NCBI GenBank assembly: GCA_046331705.1
Contig: JAXLQJ010000025.1
Coordinates: 1-64,000, forward strand
Direction of reading: 5' to 3'
Source of the DNA: a bacterium
GTDB taxonomy: Bacteria > JADJOY01
Length of the DNA stretch: 64,000 bases
A program made the translations under genes and the position numbers. Under the pieces are notes generated by a model. The model searched no databases and was not told the DNA's origin. It was given only the letters and a program-made list of their open reading frames with translations. How positions within the stretch are numbered: the first letter of the stretch is position 1; every line of letters starts with the position of its first letter. Below, piece by piece: positions 1 to 11,439 of the stretch.

Positions 1-55
1 GGCGATCGCCGAGCGCGGGCCGCGCCGGCGCCCCCGCGCGGCGAGCGTGCCGACG

Positions 56-1012
56 TCAGGCGGACTTGATGCGCGGCTCGGGTCCCGGGGTGGGCGTCGC
101 GGACGAGGGCGTGGCGTCGGTGGCGGGCGAGCCGTTCGACGATAGGCCCGCGCGGCCCTCGCCGAGCTGCGTGTCGTTGATCGCCGTGGCCGGCGGGCGC
201 TTGGTGGCGGGCACCCGTGAATCGCTGCTGCCGGCGCCGTTCTCCACGGGCGCGAGCGCCACCACGTGGGTCGAGAGCCAGCTCAGCGTCTCGTCCAGCA
301 CACGCTCGAACTGATGACCGTGGAAGCCGAACGCCTCGAAGAAATGACCGAGCCACGGGAGCACCAGACAGCGCGCCGCGGTGCCCGAGGCCTCGAGCGC
401 CTGGTGCAGGGTGCGCGCGTGGTAGGGCGGGACGACATGATCCATCTCGCCGCTCATCAAGAGCACGGGGCTCTTGATCTGATCGACGACGTGGATCGGC
501 GAGCGCATCTTGTATGCCTCGTCGGGGTCCTCGAAGACCTCGCCGAAGAGCTGACGATGCTCGTCGTCGACGTTCGGCAGGAAGCCGCGCGCGGCCTTCA
601 CGTGCGCGGCCAGATCCGCGAGCGGCGCCAGCGCCACCACCGCCTTGAAGCGCTCGTCGGCGGCGGCCGTGAGCAACGCGGTCTGGGCACCGCTCGCGTG
701 CCCGACGATGGCGACCGGCTCGGTGACGACGCCCTTGTCGAGCAGCGTGCCCACCGCCTTGCGGATCGTGCCGACGGCCTTCGGCCCGGAGCGGTCGTCC
801 GCCCCCTCGGAACCGAAGCCGCGCTGGTACACGCCGACCACGGCGAGCCCGGCGTCGACCAGCGGTCGCACCAGCCACTCGTAGTCGGTGGGGAAGAGCG
901 GACGCGCCGGAACCAGAAAAATGGTGGCGCGCGCCGCGGCGTCGGGGCGATAGACGAGACAGTTGACCGTGCGGCGGTCGGGTCCCGGAAAGCTCACCGT
1001 TTCGGTGCGCAT
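56..1012 (-). CDS. alpha/beta hydrolase (S9 peptidase-like) with low-complexity C-terminal tail
   Basis: YQRGFGS, elbow region VGHASGAQ, PVLLMSGEMDHVVP (Asp), LGHFF (His); Pro/Ala/Ser/Thr-rich tail. Confidence 0.8.
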   Translation of the reverse strand: MRTETVSFPGPDRRTVNCLVYRPDAAARATIFLVPARPLFPTDYEWLVRPLVDAGLAVVGVYQRGFGSEGADDRSGPKAVGTIRKAVGTLLDKGVVTEPVAIVGHASGAQTALLTAAADERFKAVVALAPLADLAAHVKAARGFLPNVDDEHRQLFGEVFEDPDEAYKMRSPIHVVDQIKSPVLLMSGEMDHVVPPYHARTLHQALEASGTAARCLVLPWLGHFFEAFGFHGHQFERVLDETLSWLSTHVVALAPVENGAGSSDSRVPATKRPPATAINDTQLGEGRAGLSSNGSPATDATPSSATPTPGPEPRIKSA

Positions 1013-1177
1013 GGCCCGGCGAGGCTACCTGAGCCCGCAAACCGATGTCCAGGAAATCGCTCGTATCGCTCGATTGCGCGACAGCGAAACGCGCTCCTCG
1101 CCGCTCGCCAGACCGTGGAGGGACGCGATCCTTGGCGTCCTCCGGCGCACGTCGAGTGGCTGCGGGGGCGGCGCCGC

Positions 1178-3202
<2,025 letters not shown>

Positions 3203-3325
3203 TCACTCCGCGACGGGCGCCGCGGCGACGCGGCGCGAAGACGGCGAGTTGGTTGACGACCGGGAGGGGGGCGCCGATACTCGCCGCGAATTCGCGGCTC
3301 GGCGCGCGAATCGAGCGAGCGCCCC

Positions 3326-4063
3326 ATGTTTCCGCTGCGCGACACCGTCCCCTCCCGCTCCGTCCCGGTCGTCACGTGGACGCTGCTGGTGCTCAACGCC
3401 GTGGCGTGGCTCTACGAGCCGATGGTCTTCGACCGGCTCCACGGAGTGCGCACGATCGATCCCGCGTTCATGTCGCGCTACGGGCTCGTGCCGCTCAAGT
3501 TCTTCTGGTACGGCGAGGCGCACCCCTTCGATTGGTGGGGGCGATTCTCGCCGATCCTGACGTCGATGTTCCTGCACGCGAGCTGGATGCATTTCCTGGG
3601 CAACATGCTCTTTCTGTGGATCTTCGGCGACAACGTCGAGGATCGGCTCGGCAAGCCGCGTTTCGTGCTCTTCTACCTCCTCTGCGGCACCGTGGCGGCG
3701 CTCATCCAGACCTACCTGGTGCCACGCTCGGGTGTGCCGATGGTGGGGGCGAGCGGCGCCATCGCGGGGGTGCTGGGCTCGTATTTCCTGTTCTTCCCAC
3801 GGGCTCGCGTGCTGACCGTGGTGCCGATCTTCTTCTTCATCCAGGTCATCGAGATCCCGGCCTTCTTCTTCCTCGGCTTCTGGTTCCTGATGCAGTTCCT
3901 GAGCGGCGCGGCGACGGTGGGCGACGCGGGCAACGGCGGCGGTGTGGCGTTCGGCGCGCACGTCGGCGGGTTTCTCGCGGGCTTGGTGCTCGGGCCGCTG
4001 CTCGCGCGACGCACTGCGCGCAAGGCGACCTATCCGACGCGCGAGGTCTTCCACCCCTGGTGA
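3326..4063 (+). CDS. rhomboid family intramembrane serine protease
   Basis: MFPLRD start, HFLGNMLFLWIFGDNVED, GASGAIAGV, AHVGGF. Confidence 0.95.
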   Translation: MFPLRDTVPSRSVPVVTWTLLVLNAVAWLYEPMVFDRLHGVRTIDPAFMSRYGLVPLKFFWYGEAHPFDWWGRFSPILTSMFLHASWMHFLGNMLFLWIFGDNVEDRLGKPRFVLFYLLCGTVAALIQTYLVPRSGVPMVGASGAIAGVLGSYFLFFPRARVLTVVPIFFFIQVIEIPAFFFLGFWFLMQFLSGAATVGDAGNGGGVAFGAHVGGFLAGLVLGPLLARRTARKATYPTREVFHPW

Positions 4064-4085
4064 GCGCGGTTGGCGGCGCCGCGGG

Positions 4086-6437
4086 TCAGTCGCCCGCGTA
4101 GCCGAGGGCCTTGAGCGTTTCCTTCGCCGCGCCGTCGAGCTCGACGTTGCCGGTGGTGAAGGCGTTGGCCTTGCGTTCGCCGAGGGTGCGCGCGAGCCGG
4201 GCCGACAGCTCGAGCGCGCGAATGGGGCGCTCGGCGACGAGGTTCTGGGTCTCGCCAGGATCGACCGCCAGGTCGTAGAGCTCGCCGTCGTGATCGCGGC
4301 CGTCGTCGATGTACTTCCAGGTGCCGTCGATGAGCGCCTGGCGATGCCAGCTCTCGATGCTGCGCGAGGTGAGCGGACGCGCCGGCGGTTCGACGCCGCC
4401 GAGGATCGCCGCAGACAGGTCGATCCCGTCGAGCGCCGCGCTCGGGCTCGCGCGAGCGGAGGCGCCGCTCGCGAACGCCACCAGCGTGGGGAAGAGATCG
4501 ACCGTCGACACGGGCGTTCGCACCACGTGCGGCGCCACGGCCCAGGTGCGCGGCGGCACGACGACCAGCGGCACCCGGATCATCTCCTCGTAGACCGTGG
4601 TGTTGTGGAAGATCCGGCCGTGCTCGCCGAACGCCTCGCCGTGATCGGCGGTGACGACCAGCAGCGTGTCTTCGCCGAGCTGCGCGTCGTCGAGCGCCTT
4701 CACCAGCGCCGCCACACCGTCGTCGGCGTAGCGGAAGTTCTCGTCGTAGCGGTCGCGGGCGAAGTCGAGCTCCCAGCCTTCCAGCGCCACGCGGATGCGT
4801 GGAGCGATCGATTTCCAGGTGGCGATCAGCGTCGTGGCGTCGGCGTTGCCGAGGAACATCCCGCGATAGGGCGGCGGCGCCAGGTAGGGATGGTGCGGCG
4901 GCACCTGATGCAGGTAGACGAACGCGGGCGCGGCGGGATCGCGGGCGAGGAACTCGAGCGCCCGCTCGTTGAGCGTCGCGGGGATCATCGAGCGCGGGCG
5001 CGGGATCTCGGGGTCCATCACCGTGCTCTTGTCGCGAAACACCTCGTGGATCTCGTCGAACTCGCGCAGCCCGCCGAATCCAGTGGACGCGTTCGGATTG
5101 CCCACGATCGCCACGCTGCGCGCGCCACGCTTGCGTAGCTCGCCCGCGAGCGTCGGCACCGCCTCGCCGAGCTTGGTCTCCCGCACCACCACGCCGCTGC
5201 GCTCGGGGTAGAGACCCGTGAGAATCGCGGCGGTGGAGGCGATCGTGTACGAGGAGGCGCCGTAGGCCCGCTCGAAGCGCACCCCGCGGGCGGCGAGCTG
5301 CTCGAGGAAGGGCGTGGTGGGGCGCGCGTAGCCGTACGCGCTGGAATGCAGCGCGGAGGCGGCGTCGAGGATCACCAGGACCACGCGCTTGGGTGGGCTG
5401 GGTGCTCGCGGTGCGCTGGTGATCGGCGTGGCGACGGTGCCGGCGCGCGTGACCAGCCGAGGCGCTTCGAGGCGAACGCGCGCGGCGGGATCTCCCGTGA
5501 CGCGGATCTCGATTGCCCCCAACCCGTCGCGGCCGCGGGGGATGCGCGCCCGCAGCTCGCGAGCTTGCGTCGGCACCGGTGCGTCCTCGAGCAGCGCGCG
5601 CCGTGGTGGGTCGTCGCGCAGGACGGAAACCGCGAGCCGTGCCGAGCCATCGGTCGCATCGTCGCGGTGGACGCGCGCGGTCAGCTCACCAGCGCCGAGC
5701 TCGGCGATCGGAAACCTGAGCGCGATCGGCGCGCGAAGCCACCACACGCCATCGTGCTGCTCGGCACGCGGCTCGCTCGCCGTGGGCAGGTCCGCGGCGT
5801 CGGTGGGGCGCACCAGCGCGATTCGCGTGATGCGTGCCGCGAGCGTGCGCGCGTCTTGCGAGCGCGGGTCCACGTCGGCGGGGCGGGTCACCCGCGCCCA
5901 TTCGAGGTCGAGGTCGCCGTCGCCGATCGGCAGCGCCCCGGCGGGAACGTCGAGGGCCACGGTCTGCGTGCCGCGCGCGAGCGTGAGGGGCGCCTGCGTG
6001 AGCGGTCTGCCAGCGGCGACGCGAACCGCGAGCGTCTGCGCTTGGCCAGGCGGCATCGGCGCCGGCGTCAACGCGATCTCCAGCCGACGCGCCGCTGGGT
6101 CGAGCGCGCGCACCCGCACCCGCGCGTGCGTGGCCGTCACCCACACCCCGCCGCGCCCGGCCTCCAGGCCGGGATCGCCGAAGCCTTCGACGAGCTCGAT
6201 CGCATCGGGCGAAGGGCGCGGGCGCTCCGCCTCGACCGAATCCCACACCACGCGCTCGCCGACCACCTGGACCAGCGCGTCCGCGGCGCCGAGGTCGATC
6301 GTCCGCGCCGGACCGCGGTCGCAGGCGATCAGCAGCGCGAGCAGCGCCAGCCAGCCGAAGCGGAGTCCTGCATGCCCGCCGCTCGCGGCCGCGGTCGCTC
6401 GCGCCACGCCGTGCCGACACCCGCGCCTACGCACCAT
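4086..6437 (-). CDS. sulfatase-like (alkaline phosphatase superfamily) lipoprotein; start approximate
   Basis: Lipobox-like LLIAC; VVLVILD, YTIASTAAILTG, PPHHPY, TADHGE, ELYDLAVDPGE, LKALGY. The upstream part of track ORF 4086..7271 is an alternative frame of fabI. Confidence 0.85.
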   Translation of the reverse strand: MVRRRGCRHGVARATAAASGGHAGLRFGWLALLALLIACDRGPARTIDLGAADALVQVVGERVVWDSVEAERPRPSPDAIELVEGFGDPGLEAGRGGVWVTATHARVRVRALDPAARRLEIALTPAPMPPGQAQTLAVRVAAGRPLTQAPLTLARGTQTVALDVPAGALPIGDGDLDLEWARVTRPADVDPRSQDARTLAARITRIALVRPTDAADLPTASEPRAEQHDGVWWLRAPIALRFPIAELGAGELTARVHRDDATDGSARLAVSVLRDDPPRRALLEDAPVPTQARELRARIPRGRDGLGAIEIRVTGDPAARVRLEAPRLVTRAGTVATPITSAPRAPSPPKRVVLVILDAASALHSSAYGYARPTTPFLEQLAARGVRFERAYGASSYTIASTAAILTGLYPERSGVVVRETKLGEAVPTLAGELRKRGARSVAIVGNPNASTGFGGLREFDEIHEVFRDKSTVMDPEIPRPRSMIPATLNERALEFLARDPAAPAFVYLHQVPPHHPYLAPPPYRGMFLGNADATTLIATWKSIAPRIRVALEGWELDFARDRYDENFRYADDGVAALVKALDDAQLGEDTLLVVTADHGEAFGEHGRIFHNTTVYEEMIRVPLVVVPPRTWAVAPHVVRTPVSTVDLFPTLVAFASGASARASPSAALDGIDLSAAILGGVEPPARPLTSRSIESWHRQALIDGTWKYIDDGRDHDGELYDLAVDPGETQNLVAERPIRALELSARLARTLGERKANAFTTGNVELDGAAKETLKALGYAGD

Positions 6438-6490
6438 TCGCGAGCTCCAAGTCACGGGCCTCGAGCCTCGAACCGGAAGCGCCGCGAACC

Positions 6491-7264
6491 CTACATCCCG
6501 GTCGCGTGGTAGCCCGCGTCGACGTGCAGCACCTCGCCGGTGATGCCCGTGCCGAGCGGCCCCAGCAGTGCCAGCGCCGCGGCACCCACCTCGTCGGCGG
6601 TCACGTTGCGCTTGAGCAGTGCCCGCTCCTCGTGGTGGTGAAGCATGTCGCGAAACCCGTGGATGCCCGCGGCGGCCAGCGTCTTGATGGGGCCGGCGCT
6701 GATCGCGTTCACGCGGATGCCGCGGGGGCCGAGATCCTGCGCCAAGTAGCGAACCGCGGCTTCGAGGGCCGCCTTCGCGACCCCCATCACGTTGTAGTGG
6801 GGCAGGGCCTTCTCGGCGCCGTAGTAGGAAAGCGTGAGCACGCTGCCGCCGCCGCGGCCCTCGAAGAGCGGAAGCGCGGCGCGGGTCAGCGCCACCAGGG
6901 AGTAGACGCTGATGTCGAGCGCGGCGCGGAAACCCTCGCGATCCGTGGCCACGAAGTCGCCGGTCAGGTCCTCGCGCCGGGCGTATGCGACCGAGTGCAC
7001 CAGCACGTCGAGGCCGCCGAGCGCGTCTCGGATGCGCCCGAAGGCCGCGTCGATGTCGGCATCGCTCGCGACGTCGCAGGGGGTCAGCAACGCGGCGGAG
7101 ATGCTCTCGGCCAAGGGGCGGACGCGTTTCTCGAGCACCTCGCCTTGGTAGGTGAGGGCGATCTGGGCGCCTTCGTCGGCGAGGCGCTTGGCGATTCCCC
7201 ACGCGATCGAGCGCTCGTTCGCCACCCCCACGACCAGCGCCTTCTTCCCCTGCATGCTCGGCAT
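6491..7264 (-). CDS. fabI: enoyl-ACP reductase
   Basis: GVANERSIAWGIA, YNVMGVAKAALE, NAISAGPIKTLAA. Confidence 0.96.
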   Translation of the reverse strand: MPSMQGKKALVVGVANERSIAWGIAKRLADEGAQIALTYQGEVLEKRVRPLAESISAALLTPCDVASDADIDAAFGRIRDALGGLDVLVHSVAYARREDLTGDFVATDREGFRAALDISVYSLVALTRAALPLFEGRGGGSVLTLSYYGAEKALPHYNVMGVAKAALEAAVRYLAQDLGPRGIRVNAISAGPIKTLAAAGIHGFRDMLHHHEERALLKRNVTADEVGAAALALLGPLGTGITGEVLHVDAGYHATGM

Positions 7265-7271
7265 GTCCCAT

Positions 7272-7700
7272 TCACTCCCAACGGTCTCCGGTGAGCTGAA
7301 CGACGACGTCGCGCTGGCGGGGGCGATTGTCGAAATCGATGAGCACGACCTGTTGCCAGGTGCCGAGCAAGAGCTCGCCGTCGGTGAACGGAATCGTCAC
7401 CGAGCAGCCGAGCAGTGCCGCCCGCACGTGCGAATGGCCGTTGCCGTCGTGCCAGGTATCTTCGTGGTGGTAGTGCGCGTCGCGCGGCGCCAATCGCTCG
7501 AAGAGCGCCGGGACATCCTCGAGCAAGCCCGGTTCGAGCTCGAGCGTGGTGATGCCGGCGGTGGAGCCGCTCACGAACACCAGCGCCTGGCCGTGCTGAA
7601 AGCGGTGCTTGCTGACCAGGTCACGAACCGAGCCGGTGAGGTCGCGAATCTCGGAATCGCCGCGCGTCGAGACGTGGATGCGATCCGTGACGATGGTCAT
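7272..7700 (-). CDS. yjbQ: YjbQ/UPF0047 family protein
   Basis: GSTAGITT, DGNGHSHVRA, LLLGTWQQVVLIDFD; start set at MTIVTD. Confidence 0.9.
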   Translation of the reverse strand: MTIVTDRIHVSTRGDSEIRDLTGSVRDLVSKHRFQHGQALVFVSGSTAGITTLELEPGLLEDVPALFERLAPRDAHYHHEDTWHDGNGHSHVRAALLGCSVTIPFTDGELLLGTWQQVVLIDFDNRPRQRDVVVQLTGDRWE

Positions 7701-8026
7701 GTTGGGCGAATCCCGGCCGCGCTCGGCGCGCCGAGTGTATCCCGCATCGTCGACCAATCCTGCTCCGGGACAGGTCTCGGGCGCGGCCGGACGCGGCCCT
7801 GGCGCACCGGCTCGGTGGATCGTTCGAACCTCCCGTGGCGCCGACCACGATCGGGCGCCCTTCCCGAAAACCTGACGCGTCGAAGTCGTGACACTGACAA
7901 TTTCTGCTGGGTAGGCGCGCGCTCTGCCCCAAATGCTCGAAATATTCCGGACGCTTCGGATGGAGCCAAGATTGCATTGTCCAGCGGGCACTTGGGCGAG
8001 CTGCCGCGTTCGGCGAGCCTTTTCCC

Positions 8027-8055
8027 TTGACTCGCAGGGGAACGGCGACCTTAAT
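8027..8055 (+). promoter_or_regulatory. sigma70-type promoter for the PilB-like operon
   Basis: TTGACT (8027-8032), 17 bp spacer, CTTAAT (8050-8055), about 75 bp before the ATG at 8129. Confidence 0.55.
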
Positions 8056-8128
8056 CGCGCCCGGCTCACGGGCCCACTCGACTAGCGCGGGGCGTGCTCG
8101 GCCGGACCCGCAACGGAGCTGAGGTGCC

Positions 8129-10588
8129 ATGTCCAAAAACCTAGGACCGCTGCTGCTCCAAGCCGGCATCCTGAGCGCTGCCGAGCTGGAAGCGAGCCTC
8201 GACGAGGCGCGCAAGCGGCGCATCTCGCTCTTCGAGCTGATCATTCACGAGAAGCGGGTCTCCGAGGAGTCGCTCGCCGAGACCCTCTCGAAGTGGCTCG
8301 ATCTACCGCAGATCCGCCTCGCCAGCGCCAGCGTCGATCCCAAGGCGCTGCGCGCGGTCAGCGAGGAGATGGCGCGCAAGCACACGGTCATGCCCGTCAA
8401 GGTCGAGCGCAACTCGCTGGTGGTGGCGATGGCCGACCCGTCGGACTTCACGGCCATCCAGGAGCTCGGGTTCGCGTCGGGGCTGAGCGTGCGGCCGGTG
8501 GTCGCGAGCCGCAGCGAGGTGCTCGACGCCATCGACCGCTACTACACCACCGAGGACAAGCTTCAGGACTTCCTGAGCAACGTCACCGACGCCACGGACC
8601 TCAACTTCGTGTCCGAGGCACCCGCGGGAGTCGATCTCGACGGCATGGACGCGCGCGAGGCGGCGCAGCTCGCGCCGGTCGTGCGGATGGTCAACCTGCT
8701 GATCCAGGACGCCATCAAGAGCGGGGCCTCCGACGTCCACGTCGAGCCCGGGCTCAACAACCTGCAGGTGCGGCTGCGTGTCGATGGCGTGCTGCGCGAC
8801 TACATGCAGGTGCCCAAGTGGCTGCACGCCGCGGTGACCTCGCGCCTCAAGATCCTCGCCGACCTCGACATCGCCGAGCGCCGCCTGCCCCAGGACGGTC
8901 GCATCAAGGCCCAGTTCCAGGGCAAGTCACTCGACATCCGCGTGTCCACCTTGCCGACCCACTTCGGCGAGAAGGTGGTGATGCGCGTTCTCGGCACGAA
9001 CCAGATCCCGACGTTTCGCGCGATGGGCCTGAGCGACGACCAGTGCGCCGTGCTGGAGGGCGCGCTCAATCAGCCCCAGGGCATGATCCTCGTGACCGGT
9101 CCCACCGGCTCCGGCAAGACCACCGGCCTCTACTCGATGCTCACCAAGCGCAAGAGCCCCGAGGTGAACATCGTCACCGTCGAGGACCCCATCGAGTACC
9201 AGCTCGGCGGGATCACCCAGGTGCAGGTCAACACCAAGACCGGGCTCACGTTCCCCAAGGTGCTGCGCTCGGTGCTGCGTCAGGACCCGGACGTGATCCT
9301 GGTGGGCGAGATCCGCGACCTCGAGACCGCGGAGATCGCGTTTCGCGCGGCCATGACGGGCCACCTGGTGCTGAGCACGGTGCACACCAACAGCGCGCTC
9401 GCCACCATCACGCGCTTGCTGGATCTGGGCGTGGATCCGGTGCTGATCACGTCGTCCGTTCAGCTCATCGCGGCGCAGCGCTTGGCGCGACGCATCTGCA
9501 TGCGTTGCAAGGAGGCCTATACCCCCGCGCCCGACGTGCTCGCCAAGCTGAGGCTCGAGGGGACGGCGGCCACCTTCTACCGCGGGCGCGGTTGCGCCGC
9601 GTGCGGCCGCACGGGCTACGCGGGCCGGGTGGGGATCTTCGAGCTGGTGCGCATGACGCCGAAGCTCAAGGATCTGATCCAGCGCAAGTCCACCGAAGCC
9701 GAGCTGCGCAAGGCCGCGGTGGCCACCGGCACGCGCTTTCTGGCGGACGACGCGCTCGAGAAGCTCAAGCAGGGCGTCACGTCGCCGGACGAAGTGCTGC
9801 GCGTGATCCAATTCGACGAAGACGACATGGTGCGCTGCCCGGAGTGCGCCGCGTTCATCCACCTCGACTTCTCGACGTGTCCGTACTGCCTGCACTCGCT
9901 GAAGGAGCTCTGCGAGGGTTGCGGACAGGAGCTCAAGCTCGAATGGCGCGTCTGTCCGTACTGCAACGCCCGCAAGCACCACGCGGCCACGGATGCGTTG
10001 GACCGGCCGCGGACCGGTCCGCTGCGTCGACGTTCGGCGACGCCGATGCCGCGCTCGTCGACGGCCGCGGCCTGGGACGGGGGCGGTAGCGGGCTGGGGA
10101 TGGCGCGCGGCGGCGGAGTGGAGGCGCCCGTGGTCACGGAGTGGGCCATGCCGCGGCCCACGGCGCGACCCGCCCCGCGAGCCCGCCCGGCCGCCACCGT
10201 CAAGCGGCCCAACGTGCTCGTGGTGGACCACGACCCCGGCATCCTGCAGGGAATCCAGGCGGCGCTTTCGATGTTGCCCGTCGGCGTCGACGTGATGGCA
10301 CTCCCAAGCGCCGAGGACGCGCTCGCGTCGGTGAGCGAACGGCTGCCGGACCTGGTCATCACCGAGGTGGGCCTGGCCGGCATGGACGGTTTCGAGCTCT
10401 GCCGCCATCTGCGCGAGGACATCCGCACCGCGTTCGTGCCGGTCGTCATGCTGGCGAATCCCGGCGAGGAAGAAGCGCGCTCGAAGGGCTACCACGTGGG
10501 GGCCGACGACTACGTGTCGAAGCCGTTTTCGAGCGAGGATCTGAACTCGCGGGTCCTGCGTCTGCTCAGGCGGACGTATGGCATCTGA
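8129..10588 (+). CDS. PilB/GspE-family secretion ATPase with MshEN-like N-terminus, double zinc ribbon and C-terminal receiver-like domain
   Basis: ASDVHVEP, ERRLPQDGR, Walker A GPTGSGKT, VEDPIEY, LRQDPDVILVGEIRD, GHLVLSTVHTN; CPEC/CPYC/CEGC/CPYC; REC-like VLVVDHD...GADDYVSKPF. Confidence 0.93.
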   Translation: MSKNLGPLLLQAGILSAAELEASLDEARKRRISLFELIIHEKRVSEESLAETLSKWLDLPQIRLASASVDPKALRAVSEEMARKHTVMPVKVERNSLVVAMADPSDFTAIQELGFASGLSVRPVVASRSEVLDAIDRYYTTEDKLQDFLSNVTDATDLNFVSEAPAGVDLDGMDAREAAQLAPVVRMVNLLIQDAIKSGASDVHVEPGLNNLQVRLRVDGVLRDYMQVPKWLHAAVTSRLKILADLDIAERRLPQDGRIKAQFQGKSLDIRVSTLPTHFGEKVVMRVLGTNQIPTFRAMGLSDDQCAVLEGALNQPQGMILVTGPTGSGKTTGLYSMLTKRKSPEVNIVTVEDPIEYQLGGITQVQVNTKTGLTFPKVLRSVLRQDPDVILVGEIRDLETAEIAFRAAMTGHLVLSTVHTNSALATITRLLDLGVDPVLITSSVQLIAAQRLARRICMRCKEAYTPAPDVLAKLRLEGTAATFYRGRGCAACGRTGYAGRVGIFELVRMTPKLKDLIQRKSTEAELRKAAVATGTRFLADDALEKLKQGVTSPDEVLRVIQFDEDDMVRCPECAAFIHLDFSTCPYCLHSLKELCEGCGQELKLEWRVCPYCNARKHHAATDALDRPRTGPLRRRSATPMPRSSTAAAWDGGGSGLGMARGGGVEAPVVTEWAMPRPTARPAPRARPAATVKRPNVLVVDHDPGILQGIQAALSMLPVGVDVMALPSAEDALASVSERLPDLVITEVGLAGMDGFELCRHLREDIRTAFVPVVMLANPGEEEARSKGYHVGADDYVSKPFSSEDLNSRVLRLLRRTYGI

Positions 10589-11432
10589 GGCCAGAGCCGA
10601 AGGCGTGAAGGATTACTACGCCATCCTGGGCGTCGAGCGCGGTGCGAGCCCGCATTCGATCAAGGCGGCGTATCGGCGGCTGGCGCGAGCACACCACCCG
10701 GACTTCGTGAGTCATCAGGGCGACGCGATCCAGGCGCAAGCGTCGATCCGCATGGCGGAGCTCAACGAGGCCTACGACATCCTGTCGAACACGGATGCGC
10801 GGCGCGCTTACGACGCGAGCTGGCAGCAGATCTCCGACGGCGTCTTCGGCGGCAACGCCCGCCCGATGGTCCCCGTGACTCCCGAGGACCTGGAGGTGGC
10901 GGCGGCGCTCGAGGCGCGTACACGTCCACGCCCCACCGATCGCGTGACCGCCAGCGTGGTGACCGCGTTCGCCAAGCGCATGTGCCAGGAGCTGCTCGAG
11001 ACGCGCCGGGGGCTGGCGTGGAAGCGAAGCGACCACGAAGGATTCAACTGGTCGCTCACGGCGAGCGCCTGGCCCGCGCGGTTCTGGGTTCACATGCGCG
11101 CCGTCGAGGCCTTGGATCCCGGTATCACCGAGCGCTTCACGGAACGCGGCGAGAACGCCGCGCGCGCAACGAAGCGCTTGGTCGGGCGCGACTCGTCGCT
11201 CTTCGTGCTGGCGTTCTATCGGCTCGAAGAGCCCGATCAGGTGACGACCATGTGCCGCCGGTTTCGCGACGGGCTCGCCAAGACGGTGGGCGCCAACGGC
11301 GACGTGAACCTGGCCTTGATCGACGTCGTGCATGCGCGCTTGCTGCCGTTCGGCCCATCGCCTTCGGATTCGCGATTCGCCGAGGTGATCCGTTCGATCG
11401 GCGTCAATCTCGGGCGGGCGGTGCAGCATTGA
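10578..11432 (+). CDS. DnaJ (J-domain) protein with unknown C-terminal domain; alternative GTG start at 10605
   Basis: DYYAILGV...AYRRLARAHHPD...LNEAYDILS...RRAYD. Confidence 0.9.
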   Translation: MASEARAEGVKDYYAILGVERGASPHSIKAAYRRLARAHHPDFVSHQGDAIQAQASIRMAELNEAYDILSNTDARRAYDASWQQISDGVFGGNARPMVPVTPEDLEVAAALEARTRPRPTDRVTASVVTAFAKRMCQELLETRRGLAWKRSDHEGFNWSLTASAWPARFWVHMRAVEALDPGITERFTERGENAARATKRLVGRDSSLFVLAFYRLEEPDQVTTMCRRFRDGLAKTVGANGDVNLALIDVVHARLLPFGPSPSDSRFAEVIRSIGVNLGRAVQH

Positions 11433-11439
11433 GTTTCTC

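Noticed and set aside
4086-7271. 1061 aa fabI-overlapping sulfatase fusion
   Set aside because: The N-terminal ~270 aa are an off-frame reading of fabI; a signal-peptide-like start lies near 6437
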